DNA of 64,000 nucleotides, taken from the NCBI GenBank assembly GCA_040437565.1, contig JBDOQK010000025.1, positions 62,001 through 126,000 of the forward strand. Reading direction: 5' to 3'. Made by a program: the position numbers and the translations under genes. Within the stretch, counting starts at the first letter, position 1, and the number at the start of each line of letters is the position of its first letter. Below the pieces are notes generated by a model that ran no database searches, was not told the DNA's origin, and saw only the letters and a program-made list of their open reading frames with translations. This stretch comes from Albugo candida (lineage: Eukaryota). Shown here piece by piece: positions 1 through 11,219 of this stretch.

Positions 1-1105
1 ACTACATGTCCACAATGACATTACGAAAAAATTAACAGCTGTATCGTTTGACGATAGCATGCGCNNNNNNNNNNNNNNNNNNNNNNNNNNNNNNNNNNNN
101 NNNNNNNNNNNNNNNNNNNNNNNNNNNNNNNNNNNNNNNNNNNNNNNNNNNNNNNNNNNNNNNNGATCAGACTGGAGCTCGCTGTACTGGATGTCTTTTA
201 TTTCCAGCGAGAGCTCTATTTTCGCCACCATCCTTTTGTTCTCTTCGTCAACTTGCATCCAGCTCGCTTCAAACGACTCTATGAACTCGTTTTTTTGTCC
301 AATTGAGCCTTTAAATCTCGAATTTCAAATCCTCGTCGATCAGACTCCAGTTGGACCTCGAGAAATTCTTCTTCCAGATTTGTAAACTTCCGCTGAAGGT
401 GTTGATAAGCCTCGATATTGATTGGGTTTGATGGTATAGCTGCAGCATGAGCACTTGGAATTGCATTTCTTCTTCCTGTATATTGATGATCGCTACTTGC
501 TGATAAGCTCTCATAGGAAGTTGCACAGTCCAATCGATTCTTCAGCGCAGTGACGCGATTCTTTTCCAGCTGTAAATCCTCTTGTAGCACTTTCACAGTA
601 TTCATCAAGTCATCAGCAGTCGTGCGCTCATTTATGACTGCTTGATTTTCGATCTTTTTCGCCCGATTGCCAAACCGAAGTGTCGAAAGAGTCTCAGATG
701 AATCCGATTTACTGCACGAAATGTTGACCAAGAGAGTCATGGAGAATACGCATGAGTTTGGAATCGCGATACGGGACATGACGCATATCCAGGTCAGTCA
801 AGTTATTGATGACCACTCCAAGGGTAGACAACGATCTATTGATCGTTTTAGCCTCCTCGAGTCGTCTTCTGACAGCTTCAGTGTTCTTCAACATTTCATA
901 TCCAGCAAGATCTTCAAGGTACAGTTTCCCGATTTAACCACCTGGGTTTCAACGTGTCGTTTGGACACCATAAGAATGGTGTGGCTACGTAAGCTGCGCT
1001 AATTCATTTTGGTAGCAGCAATAGCACGCATATTGTTCGCTTTCATAACGTAATCCATGAATTCTCTGGGCTTTTGACACTCATCTCTGCCACGTTCTCA
1101 ATAAA

Positions 1106-2024
1106 ACTTTAAAATTTGCTCTCCAGTGCACAAGTGATACTCACACTGCACCACACGAAGAGTAACTTTAACGCAACATTCCTACCACCTCCAGCCTTCT
1201 TTGATCTTTCGACGAGCTCCCAGCCACTCAATCCAGCACTCAGCCCGGTTCATACCAGTCCTCAAACCTTCTCCAGCGTTCTACAGCTCGCGAAGTCCGC
1301 TGCAACTTTTGCCAATCTCTGCGAAGTCCGCTGCAACGTTTGCCAATCTCTGCGAAGTCAGCTACAACGCTTTGCCATTCTTCGCAAAGCCGCACTCACT
1401 CCTCTTATTAGTGGAACTCATCTTCGCGTTACCTTTTTGGCGGAACCGGTTGACACAACTCATCCGCAGTTATAATGGCTCCGGAGAAAACGCCCCTTCC
1501 AACGTCGATCTTACATGGCGCAGCAAATTTCGCCAAGATCACCCCCATAGGCTCCGTTACGTACCCAGCGATGACCTCTTCCAGGCCATAGTAGACGCGG
1601 TGNNNNNNNNNNNNNNNNNNNNNNNNNNNNNNNNNNNNNNNNNNNNNNNNNNNNNNNNNNNNNNNNNNNNNNNNNNNNNNNNNNNNNNNNNNNNNNNNNN
1701 NNACTTGCAGTTGCCTTTGAGTCACCCTGTGACGAAGCAACGACAGTACCACATGTACCACCGGTACCACATCCTACACCGGTAGTACCGGTATGAACCT
1801 GTACCGTCACACTGGGGGTGGGGGTACTTTCCACGTCATCAAATAGGGGTGGTGACTCATGAGGGTTGCCATGTCACTACAAGTGGACGCCAGCACCCTT
1901 GGTTGTGTCGATATGTCGACTTGGACCATTGTTTTCGAGAGGAAAGAGTTGAAAAGGTAGTTTTTCGAGTTGTTTTGTACTGAATTTGCGGGTTACGTAG
2001 TAGCCGGCAAATTGAGAAGTAAAA
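1106..2024. mobile_element. Insertion in the kinesin gene, flanked by a 16-bp direct repeat (putative target-site duplication; possibly a non-LTR element); contains a gap
   Basis: CCACGTTCTCAATAAA occurs at 1090-1105 and 2025-2040. Kinesin coding sequence (FIENV) reads into it from one side and continues out of it on the other. The intervening DNA is unrelated to kinesin. Confidence 0.6.
1290..1393 (+). repeat. 31-bp tandem repeat, about 3.3 copies
   Basis: GCGAAGTCCGCTGCAACTTTTGCCAATCTCT at 1290 and 1321 (1 mismatch), a degenerate copy at 1352 and a partial copy at 1384. Confidence 0.9.
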
Positions 2025-5000
2025 CCACGTTCTCAATAAAGAAATCACCCCACTTGCTTTCTCTTATCTGGAGTTTCCCTCGCGTTTTTGTGGGATACAG
2101 AAGATCAGACACTTGCTCCATGTATAATTCAGCATAACTAAGCTTGGTGATGATTTCCAAGTTTGCATCGGCATTGTGGATACACTTAAATAGNNNNNNN
2201 NNNNNNNNNNNNNNNNNNNNNNNNNNNNNNNNNNNNNNNNNNNNNNNNNNNNNNNNNNNNNNNNNNNNNNNNNNNNNNNNNNNNNNNNNNNNNAATCACC
2301 CAAAACAGGGTGACTCATGAGGGTTGCCACGTCACTACAAGTGGACGCCAGCACCCTTGGTTGTGTCGATATGTCGACTTGGACCATTGTTTTCGAAAGG
2401 AAAGAGTTGAAAAAGGTAGTTTTTCGAGTTGTTTTGTACTAAATTTGCGGGTTACGTAGTAGCGGGCAAATTGAGAAGTAAAACCACGTTCTCAATAAAG
2501 AAATCACCCCACTTGCTTTCTCTTATCTGGAGTTTCCCTCGCGTTTTTGTGGGATTCAGAAGATCAGACACTTGCTCCATGTATATTTCAGCATAACTAA
2601 GCTTGGTGATGATTTCCAAGTTTGCATCGGCATTGTGGATACACTTAAATAGTTCCACTGCTGTTCTCGGTACAATTCCGTTATGCTCAGTGTCATGTGT
2701 GTCGGCACCTAGCATTGTGTACGTCTTCCCTGAAGCCGTTTGCCCGTAGGTAATAATTGTGGAGTCATATCCTTTGATTACATCTACAGATAAAATTTAT
2801 ATACAATAGAACAAACCCTTATCGAGAAAATGATCACACCTTACACAGCCGGTCGAGCTACCGGGTTGAATACGGCCAACTGGTCGTCTTCTTCAGTAAA
2901 TACTTGGTCATACTGATATTCTTGAGACACCGTTCTTGTCTATTTGAAAAAGTTAGAAAAATTAGAAATACGAATACATATTGATCGCGCATGAATGGCG
3001 CACCTTGTAGTGAACGATTTTATCGCTTGTTTGAACGCACTTGCGTTCATTTTGGTNNNNNNNNNNNNNNNNNNNNNNNNNNNNNNNNNNNNNNNNNNNN
3101 NNNNNNNNNNNNNNNNNNNNNNNNNNNNNNNNNNNNNNNNNNNNNNNNNNNNNNNNTCTCAATAAAGAAATCACCCCACTTGCTTTCTCTTATCTGGAGT
3201 TTCCCTCGCGTTTTTGTGGGATACAGAAGATCAGACACTTGCTCCATGTATAATTCAGCATAACTAAGCTTGGTGATGATTTCCAAGTTTGCATCGGCAT
3301 TGTGGATACACTTAAATAGTTTCACTGCTGTTCTCGGTACAATTTCGTTATGCTCAGTGTCATGTGTGTCGGCACCTAGCATTGTGTACGTTTTCCCTGA
3401 AGCCGTTTGCGCGTAGGTAATAATTGTGGAGTCATATCCTTTGATTACATCTACAGATAAAATTTATACACAATAGAACAAACCCTTATCGAGAAAACGA
3501 TCACACCTTACACAGCCGGTCGGGCTACCGGGTTGAATACGGCCAACTGGTCGTCTTCTTCAGTAAATACTAGGTCACACTGATATTCTTGAGACACCGT
3601 TCTTGTCTATTTGAAAAAATTAGAAAAATTAGAAAAACGAATACTTATTGATCGCGAATGAATGGCGCACCTTGTAGTGAACGATTTTATCGCTTGTTTG
3701 AACGCACTTGCGTTCATTTTGGTTGGTTTCTTTCGCATTAAAAGATCGTAGGCGGCAGCAAACGCAAATGCTGCCAGCTTGTTCGTGCTGTTAAGTAAGC
3801 AGGTGTTAGTGTTATTTCTTTATGAAATGGAACGTCATTAACTTACTTTTGGAGTCACCATGGGGGTTTAGTTGACAGCTTTAGTCTGCCTTCTCAGTTA
3901 TGTATATATTTTCTGATATGTAGCCAATGAGAGGACGAGAATAAAAATATTTGCTGCGCACTGGATAACGACATCGTGTAGTTGACGAATTGACGAATCA
4001 AAACGTCGCAATCTGAGCAGCGCTTTTAGATCCATTTTTATGCATTTATTAGCAGCGCTATTTGTTATATTTTTCCTAAAATTATTCTCATCTATAATCC
4101 CAACAACCTGGTGATAAGGAAGCGCAAAAAGGAGTGTTACAGCTTATACAGCTTATGGACTTGCTCTTTCTAGTGATTGTACATCGTAGCCGTACATCGT
4201 AGCTCTTAACATGCATTGAAACGCTGCGAAGATTCTGAAATATTTTAGGGCTACTAGAATGAGTTCAATTTAACGTAGCCGTCTGCTTTCCACGTCCCAC
4301 ATACGAAGTTGTTTCAGAAAGTATGCATTCGCTTCAAGGTATTTATTTATCTCGTACTGCTGCAAGATGATGATTACAAGAGAATCGTCGATTGTTTCAC
4401 GCATCACTAAAATCTGCGATTATCGAATATCAAAGCGTCAAAGAACACGGCATTGTCTCATGTCCTGGGAAGCATCGAGTCATGAATGCTATCTTCTTAC
4501 CCAATCTTCACTGTGCATGATTTATTCGCGACTGTTCTAAGGAAGCGATGAACTTTCCTGCATAAATGGATATCTGGGGTACAACAACATGGAATGACTA
4601 ATTTTGCAGTTGTGATGGAAGTGAGGAATATATCGCCTTGCTGTAGAAAGAAGCTAGCCTCTTTTCCGCTGCTCGGACAGTATATCCAAGGCAAGAAGCC
4701 ACACCTCCGTGTTCCATCACAAAGCCTTTTGAGATCAGAATATACTGTGCTGACGCTAACCACAAGTGGTCAATATTCACAGAAATCACCCAAAGCATTA
4801 TACATTGGAAAAATGAAGCAAAATAAGCCCGATTCGCGCATGTTTGTTAAAACTTGCACGGAAAGGAATAGGTGCAGTCACCGTTGCTTGATCATACTAC
4901 AGCTTGCATTGCTCATCAAGATTAAGCTGAGCTTTACTTTCTCCTTTACCACATGCACAAGGGAAAGAAGAATCAAGATGTGTGGGCTTGACTCGTCGTC

Positions 5001-5494
5001 ATCACGAAATAGTTTACGCAGCAAGCCATAGCGCGTTCGGGTTGGTAAATGCGGCAGGTTGCAGATTGTCTACGTTCAAAATTGGCTGGCATTCATTTTC
5101 GAGTGCGAAACGGTCAAGCATGCGTGGTGGTTCCCAAGTAGCCGCGTGCTGCAGCGGAGCGACACCTCCGACTTCCTCTCGTTTCTGGGAGCTCAGGATA
5201 TTGTGTGCATGCTACTGTTCAATCTCTGGTCAAGCGCTTCGTCGTATCCCTATCGATCAACCTCAAGTGCGACCTCACCCTCCACGAGTGTATTGAGTAA
5301 TTTATGGCTTACAAGTGGAGTGAATGAGTTATTCGAGGATCTGAGATTACTTAGAAGCACTCGATCGTTTCACGTGATCGGCTTTGGGAACGGCTTTGTG
5401 TAGCGCTCGAACGTAATAGTGCGATGCATACATCCTCAACTGATACTCATGATACCTCCAAAACTACGCAATCAAGCCAAATGATGGAAATTGA

Positions 5495-6190
5495 GGAAAA
5501 TGGTCAAGTCAAAAAATCAAAGATATTCTCCATAGTGTCACGTCTCACACATGGATTGATTGTATCGGACTGAATCGAACCGAGCTCTATGAATATAGTA
5601 AGTTATATATCTACCAAGGGAATTTGAAGAAGACTCACTTTGATGGATTTGTAATGGATTATGTCGATCAAGGGAATCCGGATTGTGGAGGTTTTAACAC
5701 ACACAAAATGCTGAGAAAAGATGCGGAAAATGGCGCAAAAGTATGCACTGGTTCTCGTACAGAAAGCGCCATAAAAGTAAAACGACATCTTAAAGTGAGA
5801 TCGAATGAGAGAGTGTTTTATGCTTATTTACCAAATGGACATATTGCAAAAGATAAAAAAGCTATTGGAACAAAATATGGAGCTTATTGGACTGGGAAAC
5901 CTCGAGCAGGGATCCACTCTAGAAATGATATAAAGACAAAAACTTTGATTCCAGGATCGAGTGCTGATTTTGATGACGTAAAGTGCGGAGAGACATATGA
6001 AAGTCATGAACGGCCAAGCGGGCGTGGAGGTGATGGATTTCTATGTATAGGGGAAGTCAAGATCCCACCCAATCGTATTGCTGAAGTAGCCCATATGCAA
6101 GCACAGCTAATGCAACAGAACGACAAGCGAGGATTACAAGGGAATATTGTCGAGGCCACGCATCAGGAAGAAATTCATGACAGTAATTGA
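5495..6190 (+). CDS. Orphan open frame of unknown function, possibly 5'-truncated or decayed
   Basis: Stop-free frame from 5495 (after TGA at 5492) to TGA at 6188-6190. First ATG is at 5654. No family recognised. Confidence 0.35.
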   Translation, partial: GKWSSQKIKDILHSVTSHTWIDCIGLNRTELYEYSKLYIYQGNLKKTHFDGFVMDYVDQGNPDCGGFNTHKMLRKDAENGAKVCTGSRTESAIKVKRHLKVRSNERVFYAYLPNGHIAKDKKAIGTKYGAYWTGKPRAGIHSRNDIKTKTLIPGSSADFDDVKCGETYESHERPSGRGGDGFLCIGEVKIPPNRIAEVAHMQAQLMQQNDKRGLQGNIVEATHQEEIHDSN

Positions 6191-6291
6191 GNNNNNNNNN
6201 NNNNNNNNNNNNNNNNNNNNNNNNNNNNNNNNNNNNNNNNNNNNNNNNNNNNNNNNNNNNNNNNNNNNNNNNNNNNNNNNNNNNNNNNNNN

Positions 6292-7670
6292 AAATCTCTC
6301 GAGTTTGCGAGTCCTTAGCATTTCGTTCAACTTCATCTCGCAATTACCATCATCATTCATGAAATTGCGTGGCCTTGAGGTATTACGTGCCAATGGCAAT
6401 TGCTTCAATCAATACCCGGCAGTTTTACATCAGCAGGATCGACAGAGCATTAGACCCATTGAGCTGTGTAACACTCCAATCCAACCGGAATCAGCTCTTA
6501 AAAATCCTTATCCGTACCGTCAGGTACAATTTTGGACTGCAAAGGCACTTATGGAATCGGGTTTGCTCGCAAAAGCCGAAACGTAACTAAGTGCATTGCT
6601 GAAGGATAATTCTCTGCAAACTAGATTCAATACCCTGAGACAGAAAGAGTCACAAAATCTTATCCAGCAGTATTTTTTGCGTGCGTTTTGCCGATCTCGC
6701 TCTGTACGAGAATCGGAATGTGAAATCCGTAGGCTACATGAAAGCATATGCTGCTAGTAGAAAAAGCTCCGGCGGCTCGACTTGCTCCAGTAACGTCGAA
6801 AGATCTCACGAGATGAGATTTCATGCCGTATTGTTCTGCAGTTGACAAAGGCTGTACTTCAGGATGGAAAAACTGAGACGCATCAGGCTCTGATGGATGA
6901 AGGCGTTCAAGAACTCGTGAAAAAGCGTGAATGGTTCACCGATTGAGAACTGGATAATCTGAAGATCTGCAATGTTTTATCGAGCTTGCTGATATCTATG
7001 GGTTTGATGAATTGGCCACTGTGTATATTATACAAGGCGATCTTGATCTCTGTCAAAAAGAATTATTTCGAGGCAATTCAGAGCTATGACAAAGCTATCA
7101 AACTGCTCCTAAACGCGACTTCATCGCATCTTTCCGCGATAGAAATTCCAACTTGGTTGTAGTGTGCTCAAGCTCAGATTGGTCTCGGTCAGGTGGATAC
7201 TGCTTTAGCTCAGTGTCATGAGGTACTGAAGCACTTTCCGACCCATCCGCAAGCTAAAATACTGGCATTATGGTGCTCGAACGAGATGAAAGTGCAAAGT
7301 ATCAACTATTTAATTCACTTTCCGGGCTTTGATGGCACTTTGCCGGGCGGGTTTTCGAAATCGACTGCTCTTGAAGCAAAAGAAAAGCCTCGAGAAAAGC
7401 AAACACAAGCGAAATCGGAGCACTTGGGTCCAACGAGAGGATGATATGGAAAGGTATCACACCTTTCTGCGGAACACACGTGCATTTGGTAACGAGATTG
7501 TAGAAAGCTTGCATAAGAAAAAAACAGCGTACGATGGAGCACAAGTTTATCAGCTAACGAGAAGGCGTCTAAATACTGACGAATCCAATTCATGTGTGTC
7601 CAATGTAGCTTCTTGCGACACCCAATCCATGTCCATTTGGTGTGGTCCTCAAAAGCTATCGTTTATCTAA
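6292..7670 (+). pseudogene. Decayed LRR + TPR-like protein gene
   Basis: LRR units LRVLSISFNFISQLPSSFMKLRGLEVLRANGNCF (6305-6410). TPR-like helices YFEAIQSYDKAIKL and AQIGLGQVDTALAQCHEVLKHFPTHPQA, with an in-frame TAG at ~7160 and several frameshifts. Confidence 0.55.
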
Positions 7671-8569
7671 TGGCCGATTGAAGCCTCCAAGTCGATTCAT
7701 ATACTGCCGATACTCGCGTTTTGTATCTTTTGGACAAGCTCCTGTCGCCGCAATTGTCAAATTATCTTGGACAATTTTGCCTTTTGTCGAATCGAATTTA
7801 CTGAATCCAAATAAAAGCCTGAGCTGTTCTTCGTCTGGAATATCATCCGATATTATGGTCTCCACCTTACTTATCAAATTCGTTGACACATTTTTCAAGT
7901 TTGATGGAACAAAAGTCGATTTAGTCGATTCGGAGATGTCTACCGCTTTCTCAANNNNNNNNNNNNNNNNNNNNNNNNNNNNNNNNNNNNNNNNNNNNNN
8001 NNNNNNNNNNNNNNNNNNNNNNNNNNNNNNNNNNNNNNNNNNNNNNNNNNNNNNCCAAATAAAAGCCTGAGCTGTTCTTCGTCTGGAATATCATCCGATA
8101 TTATGGTCTCCACCTTACTTATCAAATTCGTTGACACATTTTTCAAGTTTGATGGAACAAAAGTCGATTTAGTCGATTCGGAGATGTCTACCGCTTTCTC
8201 AACCATCTTATTACTATCGCTTCCCTCGATCCTTCTACGGAGAAAAACTCATATTATAAAGAAAAGTATTTAACTTGAACGATCAAACCTATTTCTATTC
8301 GCGCCAGATAAATGTGATCGTGACCGTGGTCGATTGTAGCGTCTACGGCTATAGGATCTACCGCGATGTCGAGAGGTAGAGCGTCGGCGAGATCTATTAT
8401 CATGGTGACAACGCCTTTTTTTCGGCGATACGGAGCGACTTGATGACGAGCTAGAGGAAGTGGATGTAGATGAAGCATGTCTTCACGTATGTTGACGAGA
8501 ACGCACTGAAGACCGTGGATTGCGCCGGCCAAGACTGTTTAAGGACCAAGTCGGACTCGAGCTCCGCAT
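7656..8569 (-). pseudogene. SNRNP27: U4/U6.U5 snRNP 27 kDa protein with a premature stop
   Basis: C-terminal signature FGFSKFDSTKGK...KREYRQYMNRLGGFNRPLD. RS-rich N-terminus from ATG 8569 with in-frame TGA at 8483-8485. 54-nt GT-AG intron at 8288-8235. 7807-7954 is duplicated at 8055-8202 across the gap. Confidence 0.85.
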
Positions 8570-9266
8570 TGTCAAATGTTTTATTGGTGTTCTAGCCAGA
8601 TATTATTGCATATAATGTATATAAAGCCTCACATAATTGCTAATTACGAATGACTACTATGGGACTACGAAACGAACAAGACAACGATGCATATAACACG
8701 CAAATGAAGATTCTGACATCGCATTGCCAGAAGCAATTACTTAACTCATTCTACCACTACCACTGCCACTACAGCTACTCAGAACGGATACACAATGCGT
8801 ACTGATACTACAAGCGGACGGAACGAGACATAAACTACCACCCATAACGATAGCGATAGTGATAGNNNNNNNNNNNNNNNNNNNNNNNNNNNNNNNNNNN
8901 NNNNNNNNNNNNNNNNNNNNNNNNNNNNNNNNNNNNNNNNNNNNNNNNNNNNNNNNNNNNNNNNNCTACGAAATGAACAAGAAAACGATAGATAAAAGAC
9001 GCAAATGAAGATTCTGACATTGCATTGCCAGTAGCAATTACTTAACTCATTCTGCCACTACCACTGCCACTACAGCTACTCAGAACGGATACACAATGCG
9101 TACTGATACTACAAGCGGACGGAACGAGACATAAACTACCACCCATAACGATAGCGATAGTGATAGCCACAGAAAGGCGTGCAACTATGAGTTCAGATAC
9201 CTTCGATCGGCATGCAAGGATTGCGAAACTGTAACCATTTCTTGGAACAGTGGGGTGGTGTACCGA

Positions 9267-9372
9267 CGTAATCTGATTGGTTAGAAAGCCACGTGGTGTG
9301 GTAGGTGAAAATAGTAGAAAGTTGATTGGAAATAACGCCGTAATCTGATTGGTTAGAAAGTCACGTCGTGGG
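9267..9372. repeat. Imperfect direct repeat (72-bp spacing) carrying a CCAAT box and a CACGT core; likely LTR/regulatory remnant
   Basis: CGTAATCTGATTGGTTAGAAAG(C/T)CACGT at 9267 and 9339, directly next to a copia RT fragment. Confidence 0.6.
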
Positions 9373-9384
9373 TGGAAATACTAA

Positions 9385-11215
9385 TTCTCTAAATCTTTCA
9401 AGAGTTCCATCCACGTGCTTCTTGGTCTTGAAAACCCACTTGGAATGAAGGAGCTTCAGGCCGGGCGGACGAATTATAAGCTTCCATTTTCCGTTTTTCT
9501 TCAGAAAATCAATCTCTGAGCGCATCGCATCACGCCACTTCCACAACTCTGCAGACTGTATCTCTTCTCGATATGTGGTCGGATCCTTTAACGCACCAAC
9601 CATCGCCACCGGAACGTGATCCACGCCCAAATTTCGAGTAGTCACTCGCCTTTCATGTTTCTTCTCTCCTTCATGAGCAGCATCATGACTTCAAGTTGTT
9701 GTGGAAGCTAAAGTACCTTCCCTCCCGTGGTTCCCTCGTCTTGAAGCCTTTTGCCCGATCGCTTGTAGCTCCTTCCGCTGCGCGACTTCCTATTTTTTCA
9801 TGATCGCTTCCAAAAACAAATCTTCATGATGTAGATGCTCCTATAAATGTCGATTTTCGTCAGCTCTCATCGTCTCGACATTCTTGACGTGTTGCGGTGC
9901 CACGACTAATTACTCGTGAAAAACATACACCTAAAACCCTTTAGTCTCATCGTGATTTCCCACAGTCACCCCAGCCTTAGCCCGCGGATTCCATGCCTTT
10001 CTTCCCGGATCACAGTACACAGTACACAGTACACAGTACACGGACTTTCAAACACCACTATGTCAGAAATACTGGATCTCTTCCCCGTCAGTATCTCAAG
10101 CGGCGATGCTCGATTTAGTACATAAGCGGTGTACTGCACTACATCACCCCAGAAATGCAACGGCAAACCACTTAAGAACATCATGCATCGGGACATATTT
10201 AGCACAGTTCTACGCATGCGCTTAGCCTTATTGTCCTTGCTTATTTGTTTTATCACTCTAGTCGACTTGCAGACATATCGACAATGCGATATTCACCACC
10301 GTCATCCGTCCTTAAAATGCGACCTTGCAATCGAAAGAGCGCTCAAAAAGTTCAAAAAATGCTAAAACATCTGCACGGTGACTTCCTTTTACCGCGCAAC
10401 AAATATTCCACAGTATTTGGACGCTTGATCAACAAAGTTGATCATGCATCGATTTCCGTTTCTATCCAGCGGCGTCATTGGACCTTTAAGATCACTGCAG
10501 ATAATTCCACTAATTCGATCAATTGTGGAATGTGCGCCAGTAGCCTTCTTGGACTGTAAATTCTTCGCCTGCTTGCCTTGAGCACATGTGAGACGCTTTA
10601 GTCGCGTTCGGTCGACTAACCCAATTCCCGATCCTGGACTGTCGCCCTTTTTTTCGACCGTGTCATACATGAGATATCCAAGACCATTGTGTAGCTGCAG
10701 TAGCGTACTTTTCACTCGACCCATAGTGTCAACTTCAGAACTAGCAGTCTGCAGAGCGGCAGACACTATCTCGTTCCTAGCATCTGACGCTTTTCCACTA
10801 CGAGTGCTCGACAAGAATAACGTTTTTATTTTCCACTTCACAGACTCGTGCTCCGTCACTGACACGCTTCAGGTACTATATTCCGTCTTCGTAGCTCAGA
10901 GCGCTCCTTTTTCTTCAAGCTTGCAGTATAAATTAAATCATGTGCAAGGTCTTTAGCGTAATAGATTGCACTTAAAGTGACCACGTGCACTGTCTTATCC
11001 ACGGTACCACTCAACGTTCCTTGACCAACCTTCGTGACCTTAATTGAGTGTCCATCTGCAATGTTGCACTCGTCGGAGCAATCTAATACATTGACAAGTA
11101 TGATGTCGTCCGTCACCAGGTATCTACTGGCACTACTTTCCAAATCCAGGTTAGATCTTGACGACTTCAACTGTCTCTGACACTCAAAGCGAAAAATGCC
11201 TGGTTTCTGCTAGCC
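9385..11215 (-). mobile_element. Degenerate Ty1/copia retrotransposon pol (protease - GAG-pre-integrase - integrase - start of RT)
   Basis: LDLESSASRYLV (protease, from DSGASRHL), LHNGLGYL, ICSDLKGPMTP..RNGNRCMINFVD (rve), LPLHFWGDVVQYTAYVLNR, WRDAMRSEIDFL..HSKWVFKTK..DGTLERF (RVT_2). Many stops and frameshifts. Confidence 0.9.
10011..10041 (+). repeat. 7-bp microsatellite (CACAGTA)x4
   Basis: cacagtacacagtacacagtacacagtacac inside the copia integrase region. Confidence 0.9.
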
Positions 11216-11219
11216 GTGT

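Larger units (their letters stand above)
165..3861 (-). pseudogene. Kinesin-1-like heavy chain pseudogene, fragmented over several contigs/haplotypes and interrupted by an insertion
   Basis: Motor motifs on the minus strand: SICVCCRLRSFN (~3770), P-loop YGQTASGKTYTM (~2715-2750; YAQTASGKT in the copy at ~3400), SYAEIYMEQVSDLL, switch I KMN*RSLRSH with in-frame TAG (~1000), DLAGYE (canonical DLAGSE), [18 protein letters not shown], then a frameshift before ETLSTLRFGNRAKKI and coiled coil. GT-AG introns are retained. Confidence 0.85.

Noticed and set aside
1290-1393. CRISPR-like 31-bp repeats
   Set aside because: Head-to-tail repeats with no spacers, no cas genes, eukaryotic context.
4497-5403. 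Short ORFs possibly from a DDE transposase
   Set aside because: No catalytic motifs or terminal inverted repeats could be confirmed.
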